A stretch of 63,709 nucleotides of DNA, filler included, from Lama guanicoe (GCA_013239625.1; 212 parts of 212 records of this genome joined end to end with filler, not necessarily neighbours in it), one strand, 5' to 3'. Counted from the first letter of the whole stretch, positions 49,431 to 63,508 are shown. Notes: generated by a model not told the origin, from the letters alone. Translations and numbers: made by a program.

Positions 49431-52400
49431 AGAGCCATCCTCATGGCTCAGCAGTGAGAATGATATTTCCAAAATACAAGGCACTTCTCTACTTAAAACC
49501 AGCAGGTCCCCATATCTTATAGGATACAATATATGGTACTTGGCATGGCATTTATCCCTCCTNNNNNNNNNNNNNNNNNNNNNNNNNNNNNNNNNNNNNN
49601 NNNNNNTTAATTAATTAANNNNNNNNNNNNNNNNNNNNNNNNNNNNNNNNNNNNNNNNNNNNGCCAGTCTGCTTGTCACTGACCCTACTACCTAATAATA
49701 CATGACGCATTTGGGCCTGTCTGTAACCCGGGAGGGACCACGTAATGGGGTGAGGGAGGGAGGCTGCCAATCGGCCACCACTCCCTGCCTGCTGTAATAA
49801 AGGTGTCGGTCCCCGAATGGATGAGTCATAGCTTGGGGAACCCCTAGGGGCCTGCAGGAAGGANNNNNNNNNNNNNNNNNNNNNNNNNNNNNNNNNNNNN
49901 NNNNNNNTTAATTAATTAANNNNNNNNNNNNNNNNNNNNNNNNNNNNNNNNNNNNNNNNNNNNCTCCTACTTTTCACACACCTCCCTCAATCCTTGGTCA
50001 ATCCTATACACAGTTGCCAGATCTAACTTCCTAAAATTAAAGTTAAAGTTGTCACTATTTAGAATTTATTTTTTCTTAGTGAACGCGGTAAGTTTATTTA
50101 ATACTTTCATTGACGAAATATGTCTAAAAGTGCCAACATTTTTTTAATTTTATTTTTTATTGACNNNNNNNNNNNNNNNNNNNNNNNNNNNNNNNNNNNN
50201 NNNNNNNNTTAATTAATTAANNNNNNNNNNNNNNNNNNNNNNNNNNNNNNNNNNNNNNNNNNNNCACACTTCGCTTACGATGAAAATTTGCTGGCCTGCC
50301 GTGCATGAAACAAACATAGTATGTGTAAATAGGGGAAAGATTTGTATAAACCGTATATGCAAAGAGCACTAAGCACTAATATGTAATAAGACTAAAGGTA
50401 GATGGAACATACTACCTGTTTTTATTACCAACATGATGAGCACAGTCGAGCTAATTAACACATCCNNNNNNNNNNNNNNNNNNNNNNNNNNNNNNNNNNN
50501 NNNNNNNNNTTAATTAATTAANNNNNNNNNNNNNNNNNNNNNNNNNNNNNNNNNNNNNNNNNNNNACGCCTACGGAATTCTGCAGTGGCCGTCAGTGCTG
50601 GTCCCCACGGCAAGTCCTTCATGTTGGAAACGAGATGAGAAAAAAATAACAGCGTGACACTGAGGTCCAGTCTCAGGGGTGAGAAGCCAGCACTGAGGAG
50701 CAGGGCCCTCTCCTCTCTCTGGCCCCCACCACCTCCAAGCAGAGGAGCAGCCCCCACTGTGGCAGCNNNNNNNNNNNNNNNNNNNNNNNNNNNNNNNNNN
50801 NNNNNNNNNNTTAATTAATTAANNNNNNNNNNNNNNNNNNNNNNNNNNNNNNNNNNNNNNNNNNNNAGCTGGAAGAGACTGAAGACCTGCATCTCACAAG
50901 ACAACAGCACAGCACACCCACACCCCAGGGCAAGAGAGCTGGGACCCTGGCCTACAAGCAACCGAGGGCCTCTCTGCGGTCTGTGTTTTAACAGCAGGAC
51001 AAATGATGATGGGGCCTCCCCCATCAAGTTTCCTCTCTTAAAACTAACCCTTAGTCTCTTCTTTACANNNNNNNNNNNNNNNNNNNNNNNNNNNNNNNNN
51101 NNNNNNNNNNNTTAATTAATTAANNNNNNNNNNNNNNNNNNNNNNNNNNNNNNNNNNNNNNNNNNNNCGCCGCTGCCGGCCCGCGTCTCAGGCTGGGTGT
51201 CGGGGGGACGCTCTGTAACCGTTTAACTTAGTTCTGTCAGACCAGGGCTGCTCTGTACAGATCCGAGGCTTGGAGGCTCCACCTCCGTCCCGCTGGCCTC
51301 TCAATCGGAGAGGTGAGAGCCAGCGAGCAAGCGCCAGTCCTCCTTTGCCGCTCCCTCCCCGCGGGACCNNNNNNNNNNNNNNNNNNNNNNNNNNNNNNNN
51401 NNNNNNNNNNNNTTAATTAATTAANNNNNNNNNNNNNNNNNNNNNNNNNNNNNNNNNNNNNNNNNNNNCTTGAGACCTGGGGCATGATTATCCTCTCACG
51501 CCCCATTTTCTTGCAATATCTGAGTGAAAGCAATGTAATGGTAAGACCTCAGGATTGCTGTTTGTAGAGGGTAGAATATTACAGCCGGAAAGGACCTTAG
51601 GAATCATCTAGCTTAACATCTTTTACAAATGAGTTGATTGTGGCCCAAAGACATGATTTTCTCAGGGTGNNNNNNNNNNNNNNNNNNNNNNNNNNNNNNN
51701 NNNNNNNNNNNNNTTAATTAATTAANNNNNNNNNNNNNNNNNNNNNNNNNNNNNNNNNNNNNNNNNNNNCTCTGAACGATCATTGCTTCCTTTTCTAGTT
51801 TGCCTTTATTATAGCTTAATTTGGACTCTTGTTTGGGCAGAACATCTGCTATAAACCAAAGGCTGTTCTAGGCAAGGAGGATTCAATGATGTGGGAAGAC
51901 AGGTTCCTGTGCTGAACGACATGGAGGCGAGTGGGAGGTGAAGACGAGTGTGCAGCCAACCACAAGAAAGNNNNNNNNNNNNNNNNNNNNNNNNNNNNNN
52001 NNNNNNNNNNNNNNTTAATTAATTAANNNNNNNNNNNNNNNNNNNNNNNNNNNNNNNNNNNNNNNNNNNNTATCTCTCTACCTGTCTATTGAAGAAGGAA
52101 TTGACTCATGTGATTATACAAGCTGCAAAGTACAGAGATCTGCCACTTAAAGGACTGAGAACCAGAACAGCCTGCTTTTTCTTCCAGATGTCTTTCCTCC
52201 CATCTGTTTTTGTTTCTGGAAAAATATTAATAGTCATATAAGTTCCCCCTGTGTGTAAGGTGTCTTTTTTTNNNNNNNNNNNNNNNNNNNNNNNNNNNNN
52301 NNNNNNNNNNNNNNNTTAATTAATTAANNNNNNNNNNNNNNNNNNNNNNNNNNNNNNNNNNNNNNNNNNNNTTAACCAGGAAGACAACCAATGGCAACTG

Positions 52401-52672
52401 CGCAGGCATCTGACGCACAGAATACACTCAGGAAGAGCAGGAATTCTGAACCGCATGCTCACTCCCAGTATCACTCACAATGTATTAATAGAATCATTTC
52501 ACTCCTAAGTTAGCACTGAAATTAGACGCAGACACTCTCATTCAGAGGAGAAATTTCCTTCCCACTACCAATNNNNNNNNNNNNNNNNNNNNNNNNNNNN
52601 NNNNNNNNNNNNNNNNTTAATTAATTAANNNNNNNNNNNNNNNNNNNNNNNNNNNNNNNNNNNNNNNNNNNN

Positions 52673-52873
52673 TAGCCTTAAAAAGAAAAGAAATTCTGAC
52701 ACATGCTACAACATAAAAAAAAATTTAGAACATCATGCTAAGTGAAATAAGCCAATCACACACAAAAAGACAAATACTGCAGGATTGAGCATATATGAGG
52801 TACCTAGAATAGTCAAATTCATCGAGACAGAAAGTAGAATGGCAGTTTCCAGGAGCTGGAGGGAGAGGAGAAT
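52673..52873 (+). mobile_element. L1MA/L1MB-type 3'UTR fragment
   Basis: GCCTTAAAAAG..GAAATTCTGACACATGCTACAACAT..ATGCTAAGTGAAATAAGCCAATCAC..AGTCAAATTCATCGAGACAGAAAGTAGAATGG. Confidence 0.9.
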
Positions 52874-53876
52874 NNNNNNNNNNNNNNNNNNNNNNNNNNN
52901 NNNNNNNNNNNNNNNNNTTAATTAATTAANNNNNNNNNNNNNNNNNNNNNNNNNNNNNNNNNNNNNNNNNNNNCTGATACCAAAACTTGGTCCCTGTTTT
53001 GTCTATTATAGATTATTTTCAGAGTAAATTTGAGAGAGACCAGAGGGCAGAAATATTACTTCTTCTTGATCCTTTGGAATACTTTAAGACAGTCTGTTAA
53101 CAGGTTCTTTATTTATGCAAACTGAACTAATAAAAATGATTAAAGAATTGCAGATTTGGCTCTTTCACCAAAAGNNNNNNNNNNNNNNNNNNNNNNNNNN
53201 NNNNNNNNNNNNNNNNNNTTAATTAATTAANNNNNNNNNNNNNNNNNNNNNNNNNNNNNNNNNNNNNNNNNNNNGAGGACAGAACTGCACTCTGTGGAAC
53301 ACAGTGAAGGGGGTCAGGTGGGTGGAGTGGGTGGAGTCTGTCCAGCAGGACTCTGACTGTCTGATGTCCTGGCTGGAAGGAGGAGCTTCGCACCAAGAAC
53401 AGGGCAGCACGCAGAACCAAGAGCGGAGAGAGGGAAAGACAGCAAGAAACCAGCTAAAGAAGGAGCAGAACATCANNNNNNNNNNNNNNNNNNNNNNNNN
53501 NNNNNNNNNNNNNNNNNNNTTAATTAATTAANNNNNNNNNNNNNNNNNNNNNNNNNNNNNNNNNNNNNNNNNNNNCACACGAACTTCCTCAACATGCCTA
53601 CTAACTCTGTTAAGCCAGCAAGAATGATGTTCTCCACACTGCTAAGATAGTGTCTTGTCTAAAGTAACATAATCATGGGAGTAACATCTCAACTCCATTA
53701 CCATCTAGTGCAACCTAATCACAGGAGTAATATCCTTTTCACTTTGCTATATTGTATTGGTGGAAAGCAAGTTACANNNNNNNNNNNNNNNNNNNNNNNN
53801 NNNNNNNNNNNNNNNNNNNNTTAATTAATTAANNNNNNNNNNNNNNNNNNNNNNNNNNNNNNNNNNNNNNNNNNNN

Positions 53877-54077
53877 AGAACTAGAACAAAAAATTCCAAA
53901 ATTTATATGGAACCATAAAAGACCCCAAATTGCCAAAGTAGTCTTTTGTAGGATTTTTTTTTCTTTTTTCTTTTTGTTCTCTTTTCTTAAGGTTTGATGA
54001 CTAGAGAAGTTCCTTTAACATTTGTTGTAAATCTGGTTTGGTGATGCTGAATTCTTTTAGCTTTTGTTTATCTGTGA
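53877..54077. mobile_element. Two LINE-1 pieces in opposite orientations
   Basis: 53877-~53947 is sense ORF2 (ELEQKIPKFIWNHKRPQIAKVV). ~54000-54077 is antisense ORF1 3' end. Confidence 0.7.
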
Positions 54078-56585
54078 NNNNNNNNNNNNNNNNNNNNNNN
54101 NNNNNNNNNNNNNNNNNNNNNTTAATTAATTAANNNNNNNNNNNNNNNNNNNNNNNNNNNNNNNNNNNNNNNNNNNNACGTGGTTGCTTAAGACATTTGC
54201 TGAAAACTGAAATGAATCTCCCGTGCGTTTCTCCCTCCGTTCCGTTGGTCCGTTAAGCGTCTATAACTCAGAATAGAGTGAAATCTATGTCTGAACGCTC
54301 TCTCCCGTTCACAGAGCAAGTGTGTACACACGGTTGGGTGTGTTTGCTAATAATGATCAGGCCCTTCAAAATGGTCGTNNNNNNNNNNNNNNNNNNNNNN
54401 NNNNNNNNNNNNNNNNNNNNNNTTAATTAATTAANNNNNNNNNNNNNNNNNNNNNNNNNNNNNNNNNNNNNNNNNNNNGTCCTGAGGACAGTTTGGCTCA
54501 GAAGCTTCACTGATGAGGGAAGTAGCAGCTTATCTACATGCCTTGGTGAGAAATACGAATGCCAGAAGGTAGGAAATTAAGCTTAGAAACACTGAAGGGC
54601 TGGCTCCGGCCGTGAATTTCCTGGGGTCTGCAGAAGTGAAAGGTGAGGTTCTGGCTTTTGTGCTGACTACCAATAGGAANNNNNNNNNNNNNNNNNNNNN
54701 NNNNNNNNNNNNNNNNNNNNNNNTTAATTAATTAANNNNNNNNNNNNNNNNNNNNNNNNNNNNNNNNNNNNNNNNNNNNTAATCAGAGGAGTCCAGTGAC
54801 TTGGGCAATGTAGAATCAGAGTTTTGTTCTCTTTTATTTTTTTCATTTTTGCTTTGCTTTGCTTTGTCTTCTGTAGTGAAGGAGATAAGGAGATAAGGAA
54901 CAGCATTAGCTTAAGCACACAGTTTGATGACGTCAAGCGAAAAGAATCACTTCTACCATAGCTGTTGCTGGGAAAGAAGANNNNNNNNNNNNNNNNNNNN
55001 NNNNNNNNNNNNNNNNNNNNNNNNTTAATTAATTAANNNNNNNNNNNNNNNNNNNNNNNNNNNNNNNNNNNNNNNNNNNNCCTTGCGCCTCTGAAGAGCC
55101 ACACAGGAAGGAGGACTGGCCCCTCCTGTTCTCTTAGAACGACACTCCCTGCGTCTACGTGGTCTACGTGCTCATGCGCTCCGCTCCGCCAGCCGGGCTG
55201 TCCCGGCCCAGAGGGCCCAGAGCCCGAGGGGCAGCAGTCATCATCAGGGGCAGAACTGGGCCTCAAACTCTGGACTCATCCNNNNNNNNNNNNNNNNNNN
55301 NNNNNNNNNNNNNNNNNNNNNNNNNTTAATTAATTAANNNNNNNNNNNNNNNNNNNNNNNNNNNNNNNNNNNNNNNNNNNNACCTCACCATTCCATTACC
55401 AGAAGAAAAAAATTCTCATTTGACTGTCATGTACTTGGAGCTCCATATATGTTTGATAAAGTTCTGTGCATTGAAGTGCACCAATATCAGTGAGGAAGAC
55501 TTCTTGAAAGACTTAATATTTCATGTCAGCAGGCCTTGGAGGATGAGTAGCATTCAGGTAGGTGGGGAACTGGGGTGAGGGGNNNNNNNNNNNNNNNNNN
55601 NNNNNNNNNNNNNNNNNNNNNNNNNNTTAATTAATTAANNNNNNNNNNNNNNNNNNNNNNNNNNNNNNNNNNNNNNNNNNNNCTAAACCTTCATGTGTGT
55701 CTTTTGTGTTGTATGAAGGAAGCAGACTATTGATGATCACTTCATGTCAGGTACTGTGCTATGTACCTTATTTCATGTTACCTGAACAGCCACCTGCAGA
55801 GGGAGAAGGGCAGGGCTAGCTCTATTTCAGATTAGAAAGTGTTTTGAGGTGAAGCCAGTTCTGAAGGTCGCACAACTAAAGAGNNNNNNNNNNNNNNNNN
55901 NNNNNNNNNNNNNNNNNNNNNNNNNNNTTAATTAATTAANNNNNNNNNNNNNNNNNNNNNNNNNNNNNNNNNNNNNNNNNNNNGTGAGTGCATTCAGCTG
56001 GGTCAGTGCATGAGTGTGTGTGCGTATGTGTGCATGAGGAGGTGTGTGCATGTGTGTGAGAACGCCTGTGTGTGAGTGTGCATGTGAAAGGAAGTGTGTG
56101 TCAAAGAGTGTGTCTGAGTGTGTGAAGAGAGCACGTGAGACTGAACGTGAAAGTGCATGGGTTTCCATGTAATTGTGTGTAAGTNNNNNNNNNNNNNNNN
56201 NNNNNNNNNNNNNNNNNNNNNNNNNNNNTTAATTAATTAANNNNNNNNNNNNNNNNNNNNNNNNNNNNNNNNNNNNNNNNNNNNATTGTAAGAATGGGTA
56301 AATAGAAGAAAACCCAACAGTATACAGATCACAAGAGACCTACCTTAAATATAAGGTCACAGAAAGATTTAAAGATTACAGCTTTAAAGGAAACAGATAC
56401 TGTGGGAACACAAATCAACATATAGTCAGTGAAGTAACCCTGAATATAAATGGGCAATGTCCTATTGTCAATCCATTGCAATAGANNNNNNNNNNNNNNN
56501 NNNNNNNNNNNNNNNNNNNNNNNNNNNNNTTAATTAATTAANNNNNNNNNNNNNNNNNNNNNNNNNNNNNNNNNNNNNNNNNNNN

Positions 56586-56786
56586 CGGGGGAAAGCAGAG
56601 GGAAGTGATAAATTGGGTGTGGGATGAGCAGATACAAACTACTACATACAGAACAGATAAACAACAAGGTCCTGCTGTAGAGCACAGGGAGCTGTACTCA
56701 CTAACTTGTAGTAACCTATAATGAAAAAGAATATCTACGTGCATAACTGAATCCCAATGCTGCACAAAATAAACCAATGCAACATT
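56586..56786 (+). mobile_element. LINE-1 3'UTR (artiodactyl type)
   Basis: AGCAGATACAAACTACTACATACAGAACAGATAAACAACAAGGTCCTGCTGTAGAGCACAGGGAGCT..GTAACCTATAATGAAAAAGAATAT. Confidence 0.85.
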
Positions 56787-59700
56787 NNNNNNNNNNNNNN
56801 NNNNNNNNNNNNNNNNNNNNNNNNNNNNNNTTAATTAATTAANNNNNNNNNNNNNNNNNNNNNNNNNNNNNNNNNNNNNNNNNNNNGTCAAAGATAGTGA
56901 AGTCAAAAATGAGGCAGCGGTGGAACTGGAACTCAGCTCTGTTTGACTCCCAAGTCTGTGTTTCTAAGCACTAACCCCCTTGGTGCCTCAGCTAGGGCCT
57001 TTAGCACCACCCTGACGGCTGTGGTTTCCCCATCCCTCATCCATTCAAACTCTGTGAGACACCGAGTAAAGTGTTAGAGACTTAGAGNNNNNNNNNNNNN
57101 NNNNNNNNNNNNNNNNNNNNNNNNNNNNNNNTTAATTAATTAANNNNNNNNNNNNNNNNNNNNNNNNNNNNNNNNNNNNNNNNNNNNGCCTTTGGGGAAA
57201 CTAACCATAAAGGACACTGAAGTGCACGCAGACACACACAGCTCTGCCCCGCCAAGAACACATTCCTTTCGAAAACTGAATGAGGGTTCTCACACTTCAG
57301 CAAGCCAGCTGTTAGCAGCAGACCTCAGCGCTGCGAGATGCTCTGTTGTTTAACCACAGTCTCATTGTCCCTTCAAGACATCCTGAGCNNNNNNNNNNNN
57401 NNNNNNNNNNNNNNNNNNNNNNNNNNNNNNNNTTAATTAATTAANNNNNNNNNNNNNNNNNNNNNNNNNNNNNNNNNNNNNNNNNNNNTTTATTTATTTA
57501 AACTAAGCATTTCTTATGTAATATTACATTTGACTTCAGACTTCCTAGGTTCCAGTATTAAGTTTAAGCTGTACAGTTCTTTCCTAAAGGAAAATGGTTG
57601 ACATGAAAGAGGGAGCATTAGGAAGATGGATTCTGTGTGGTATAGATACTCTGTACCCTCCACACAGCTAATATACACCAGTGGTTTTANNNNNNNNNNN
57701 NNNNNNNNNNNNNNNNNNNNNNNNNNNNNNNNNTTAATTAATTAANNNNNNNNNNNNNNNNNNNNNNNNNNNNNNNNNNNNNNNNNNNNATATTTTCGAT
57801 TCCGTCAGCAGTCTGACTTTTGCAACCACTTTAAAGGTCCAAATTCACTTTGAGTTCAAGCAGATAAACTGCCTGAAGTATTATTCAGCTCAGAACAAAA
57901 TTAAGCTCCTTATTAGAGCATGTTAGTTTGCACCAGAAAAATCTAACTCAAGGAGATGAGAGTATATTGGAAGGCAAAGACAACAGAAAGNNNNNNNNNN
58001 NNNNNNNNNNNNNNNNNNNNNNNNNNNNNNNNNNTTAATTAATTAANNNNNNNNNNNNNNNNNNNNNNNNNNNNNNNNNNNNNNNNNNNNTTTATCCCAG
58101 AGAAATAAAAACTCAGGTTCACACAAAAACCTGTATACAGATGTTTATAGCAGATTTATTTGTAACAGCCCCAAACTTGAATCAAAATGTCTTTCAGTAT
58201 GTGAATGGTTACACATACAGTGGTACGCCCATTCAATCTCAGAGGTCATAGATTATACGACCCCATTTATGTAACAGTCTCAAAATGATGANNNNNNNNN
58301 NNNNNNNNNNNNNNNNNNNNNNNNNNNNNNNNNNNTTAATTAATTAANNNNNNNNNNNNNNNNNNNNNNNNNNNNNNNNNNNNNNNNNNNNTTTTGAAAT
58401 AATTCTTATGAGACCTTACAATGCATACATAAAACCATACATAAATACGTATTTCTTGTTCTAAAGGTTGCACTATAAAGAATGGTGCCCATGTGGACAT
58501 CATTTCTAATCCCTGAAGCATTTACCGCCTTACTGCTCTCCCCAGAAAGGTGACAGAGTCTTCACCACCAGCACGGTCTCGGGCGGCTATGCNNNNNNNN
58601 NNNNNNNNNNNNNNNNNNNNNNNNNNNNNNNNNNNNTTAATTAATTAANNNNNNNNNNNNNNNNNNNNNNNNNNNNNNNNNNNNNNNNNNNNTACGAAAC
58701 ATAGCAGTAAAAATATGGGCATGGTGAAATAAAAAAGGATAATGAATGTCTAGGAGCAAATTGTGGCCTAATAATCTTCATATTTTAAAGTGGAAAGCAA
58801 TCCCTTGTCAACATTCCCTTTATATAATTCATATCACACCATCTATAGAATATCTAGAATAATATATATGGAATAATTTAGAAAAGAATATATNNNNNNN
58901 NNNNNNNNNNNNNNNNNNNNNNNNNNNNNNNNNNNNNTTAATTAATTAANNNNNNNNNNNNNNNNNNNNNNNNNNNNNNNNNNNNNNNNNNNNTCTTTGT
59001 GTGGTCTTTTCTTCTTCATGGTTGCCCTAGTGAGTATAAGATTCAGGCTTAACATCTCAGTCTACTTAGAAACAGTATTTTACCACTTCGGGTGAGATGC
59101 AGAAAACTTACTGTCAGAGAGGTCCCCTATGCTCTCATCTTTACGTTGTAGTCGTCCTATGATGATACCAATGTTATCTTTTTTGGTTTCGGATNNNNNN
59201 NNNNNNNNNNNNNNNNNNNNNNNNNNNNNNNNNNNNNNTTAATTAATTAANNNNNNNNNNNNNNNNNNNNNNNNNNNNNNNNNNNNNNNNNNNNCAGGTC
59301 ATGGAGGAAGTGGTCATGAATGCAAGAGTTGATGAGTGTCCCACATATATGGGGAGGAGAGGGGTGTGCAGGGCCAACTCCGGGGAATGCAGAGCTGTGC
59401 CCAGAATCTGACAAATGAGGTGGACCGCCTGTCCCCGCTACATCCTGAACAGTGTGTTAGAAACGCAGGAAGCTGGTCAGCAATGCCGCACCACGNNNNN
59501 NNNNNNNNNNNNNNNNNNNNNNNNNNNNNNNNNNNNNNNTTAATTAATTAANNNNNNNNNNNNNNNNNNNNNNNNNNNNNNNNNNNNNNNNNNNNTGATA
59601 AGCAAAAAGGAAAAGTCATCCCCCTGCTTTTATAAATGGCATCTATACCCTAGCCCTTCACGCACACACAAAACTAGAACAAACATGATTATACTACATG

Positions 59701-59896
59701 ATAATATTGACCTAGCGAACATGATAATCAAAGAAAAGAAAGCAATCGACATAAGCTCTGAAGAGGATGAAATAAAAATGGCACTGTTTTCCAAGTNNNN
59801 NNNNNNNNNNNNNNNNNNNNNNNNNNNNNNNNNNNNNNNNTTAATTAATTAANNNNNNNNNNNNNNNNNNNNNNNNNNNNNNNNNNNNNNNNNNNN

Positions 59897-60097
59897 GCAT
59901 GAATGGTAGCTCCCCACATACCCAGCTTCTAATCCCTGGAATCTGCATGTCGTCTTTTTCTTTTTTTAATTAATTAATTTTGCAGGGTAACTAAGTTTAT
60001 TTATTTACTTTAGCTCTACCCTCCCTGCTGTGAATGTCATCTTGTACGGCAAAAAGGGGCCTTGTGGATGTGATTATCCAGGTGGGTCCTACATGGC
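59897..60097. mobile_element. MLT1 LTR interrupted by an internally deleted antisense SINE remnant
   Basis: MLT1 CTAATCCCTGGAATCTG..TGTGAATGTCATCTT..GGCAAAAAGGG..GATGTGATTA is split by a T-rich tail and GCTCTACCCTCCC. Confidence 0.55.
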
Positions 60098-60197
60098 NNN
60101 NNNNNNNNNNNNNNNNNNNNNNNNNNNNNNNNNNNNNNNNNTTAATTAATTAANNNNNNNNNNNNNNNNNNNNNNNNNNNNNNNNNNNNNNNNNNNN

Positions 60198-60398
60198 CGA
60201 GGCGCGAGCCCGCTTGGCCGCGGGCCACGTGGGCGCCGGCCGGCCAGGTGGGGACAGTGACGCAGGCGGCACAGCCAGGTACCTGGGGTGCGCCCCGCAG
60301 TCCGCTCCCGCACGGCCCTTGGCGCCCTGCCCACCAGGCTGCCCACCTGGCGGGGCCGGAGGGCGCCGCCGCCTCCCGCAGGGCCGCACAGGAAGTGG
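60198..60398. promoter_or_regulatory. CpG-island-like fragment
   Basis: Very GC-rich and CpG-dense, with E-box CACGTG and ETS CAGGAAGTG. Confidence 0.45.
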
Positions 60399-60498
60399 NN
60401 NNNNNNNNNNNNNNNNNNNNNNNNNNNNNNNNNNNNNNNNNNTTAATTAATTAANNNNNNNNNNNNNNNNNNNNNNNNNNNNNNNNNNNNNNNNNNNN

Positions 60499-60699
60499 AT
60501 TTAGGTTGTTTCCATGTCTTGGCTATGGTATATAGTGCTGCTATGAACATTGGAGTGCATGTATCTTCTTGAAATAAAGTTCCCTCTGGATTTATGCCCA
60601 GGAGTGGGATTGCTGGATCATATGGAAAGTCTACTTTTATTTTTTTGAGCAATTTCCATACTGTTTTCCATAACGGCTGCACCAAACTACATTCCCACC
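60499..60699 (-). mobile_element. LINE-1 ORF2 C-terminal fragment, open frame
   Basis: Encodes [66 protein letters not shown]. Confidence 0.95.
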
Positions 60700-61100
60700 N
60701 NNNNNNNNNNNNNNNNNNNNNNNNNNNNNNNNNNNNNNNNNNNTTAATTAATTAANNNNNNNNNNNNNNNNNNNNNNNNNNNNNNNNNNNNNNNNNNNNA
60801 AATCTTCATAATTTGCTCTTCTAGATCTTTTTTGGGTTTTAATTATTTCAACAGTTAATACTTCTTATCAATGTATTCATTACACAAGTTTTAAGTGAAT
60901 ACACTCTTATTTAAGAAGTTTTAAGAAATAACAATCTCAAGAAAATACGAGTTTCACCTTTCTTCCCCATCCATTTTATTTCCTTTCCCAAAATTTCAAA
61001 NNNNNNNNNNNNNNNNNNNNNNNNNNNNNNNNNNNNNNNNNNNNTTAATTAATTAANNNNNNNNNNNNNNNNNNNNNNNNNNNNNNNNNNNNNNNNNNNN

Positions 61101-61301
61101 TTTGCAATAGTTTCAGAAGGACAGGTGTTAACTCTTATCTAAATATTTGGTAGAATTCTCCTGTGAAGCCATCTGGTCCTGGACTTTTTTTTTGCTGGGG
61201 GTTTTAAAATTACAGATTCAATTTCATTACTGGTAATTGGTCTGTTTGTATATTCAATTTCTTCTTGGTTCAGTCTTAGGAGATTCTATGTTCCTAAGAT
61301 T
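61101..61301 (-). mobile_element. LINE-1 ORF2 Z-domain region
   Basis: TGGTAGAATTCTCCTGTGAAGCCATCTGGTCCTGGACT is antisense of SPGPDGFTGEFYQ. Confidence 0.92.
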
Positions 61302-62003
61302 NNNNNNNNNNNNNNNNNNNNNNNNNNNNNNNNNNNNNNNNNNNNTTAATTAATTAANNNNNNNNNNNNNNNNNNNNNNNNNNNNNNNNNNNNNNNNNNN
61401 NTTTATAGATTTCCTGCCTAACTCAGAGCAGCTTCCATTCCTCTTCAAGATGGGTTTCTGTAGTTCATGATCGCAGTGAGAATAGAAGCCACTGGCCAGC
61501 ACATGAAAGGACTGAGAATCATCACTCCTGCCAGAACCACTTGGAAAACCTGCACTTCCTGCAGTCTCTCCTGGTGCAGAAAATAATGACCCCTCTCTCC
61601 CANNNNNNNNNNNNNNNNNNNNNNNNNNNNNNNNNNNNNNNNNNNNTTAATTAATTAANNNNNNNNNNNNNNNNNNNNNNNNNNNNNNNNNNNNNNNNNN
61701 NNCCAATAAAACATGATGACTTTTTCAAATATTACATCGAATTAATGGCAGGGCTGGGAGCAGAGCCCTCAGAAGACCGGCAGACAATGCAGTGAGATCC
61801 ACCTGTGAACTCAAGTCAGGCAGCCTAGGGGTCTGGTCCCATGTCCGTCACATCCTGGCCCGGTTATCTTAAGTCAGTTACTTGAATTTCCTATCATTAA
61901 ATTNNNNNNNNNNNNNNNNNNNNNNNNNNNNNNNNNNNNNNNNNNNNTTAATTAATTAANNNNNNNNNNNNNNNNNNNNNNNNNNNNNNNNNNNNNNNNN
62001 NNN

Positions 62004-62156
62004 GTTCCCTTTTCTCCACACCCTCTCCAACATTTATCCTTTGTGGACTTTCGAATGACGGCCATTCTGCCTTCTGTGAGGTGATGCATCATTGTAGTTT
62101 TAATCTGCGTTTCTCTGATAATTAGCCATGTTGAGTATTTTCTCATGTGCCTATCA
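62004..62156 (-). mobile_element. LINE-1 ORF2 3' fragment
   Basis: Encodes [48 protein letters not shown]. Confidence 0.92.
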
Positions 62157-63508
62157 GTACAGAATGACTCCATGAGCTGACCTCTCTTTGCATTTGCCCT
62201 CTCCNNNNNNNNNNNNNNNNNNNNNNNNNNNNNNNNNNNNNNNNNNNNTTAATTAATTAANNNNNNNNNNNNNNNNNNNNNNNNNNNNNNNNNNNNNNNN
62301 NNNNTTATAGAAAATATGCCTATAAATACTAGGCAGTTTTTGCATTTGATTGGAAGAACAATTCCTCTTTCTTTACATTTATTTCCAAGACATTCTGTTT
62401 TACCGTAGTTGATTTTAGAAAGTCAACAAAAGTGCTGCTTTCTAGATACTTCTTACGTTTATAATATTGAAAGGATGATACATTTCAGTAAAGTTTTAAA
62501 TATATNNNNNNNNNNNNNNNNNNNNNNNNNNNNNNNNNNNNNNNNNNNNTTAATTAATTAANNNNNNNNNNNNNNNNNNNNNNNNNNNNNNNNNNNNNNN
62601 NNNNNCTTGTCCCTGGGTGCTTAGTCATGCTCCTCCCCTTTTGTGCATGTCCTTACTCATGATGCACGCAGAAAAAACCATGGTGAGCGGCTAAATCACA
62701 TGCTAATTGTATTACAATGAGCAGTGGGTCCTGTCCGGTTAGGTCCTTGATGCTACGGAGCAGTTGCGACCATCAGGTTCTAACCGGTGTCTCGCTGGCA
62801 TCATTCNNNNNNNNNNNNNNNNNNNNNNNNNNNNNNNNNNNNNNNNNNNNTTAATTAATTAANNNNNNNNNNNNNNNNNNNNNNNNNNNNNNNNNNNNNN
62901 NNNNNNGGTTGGCTTTTAAGCTCAGATCTACAGAGTAATAATACAAGAGATGTACGTACAAATAAATTCAGTGTAGCTATATAGTCATATAGAGATTGCA
63001 ACATCACAGGCGTTTTGAAAACATCTTATGTTTAAAAAATTTAAGGATGATGTATTTTATTTATGAGAAAGTGGGATTGCTTTGTTAGCTTCAGGGAATG
63101 ACTTATTNNNNNNNNNNNNNNNNNNNNNNNNNNNNNNNNNNNNNNNNNNNNTTAATTAATTAANNNNNNNNNNNNNNNNNNNNNNNNNNNNNNNNNNNNN
63201 NNNNNNNTTTTTGATGAGAAATCAACTGTTTGTCTTGCTGAGGAGCCTTTGTATATGTTGAGCCACTTTTCTCTTTCTGCTGTCAGTGTTCTTTGTTCTT
63301 GTCTTTGACACACTGAATCTGATGTGCCTATGTTTAGATGTCTCTATGTTTATTCCATGTGGAGTTTGTTGAGCTGCTGGGAGGTACAAATTAATGTTTT
63401 CATCAAATNNNNNNNNNNNNNNNNNNNNNNNNNNNNNNNNNNNNNNNNNNNNTTAATTAATTAANNNNNNNNNNNNNNNNNNNNNNNNNNNNNNNNNNNN
63501 NNNNNNNN

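Noticed and set aside
55932..56168. His/Thr-rich ORF (similarly 1458-1682 and the Cys-Val runs at 11483 and 12975)
   Set aside because: These are translations of degenerate (CA/TG)n microsatellites.
59966..59977. TTAATTAATTAA inside a fragment, suggesting the linker is a natural motif
   Set aside because: It is a single chance match in an AT-rich SINE tail and is not flanked by Ns.
620..62173. Most small ORFs in the supplied track, including the apparent shared 'LIN' C-terminal motif
   Set aside because: Most reach 60 aa only by reading through Ns, and 'LIN' is the translated linker. Only PDGFC, PKHD1, the OR, the ERV RT and the L1 frames are supported.
5418..62806. LTR-like fragments at 5418, 7525, 15952, 23175 and 62606
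   Set aside because: They resemble ERV LTRs by eye, but I cannot assign family or boundaries, so they are not listed as features.
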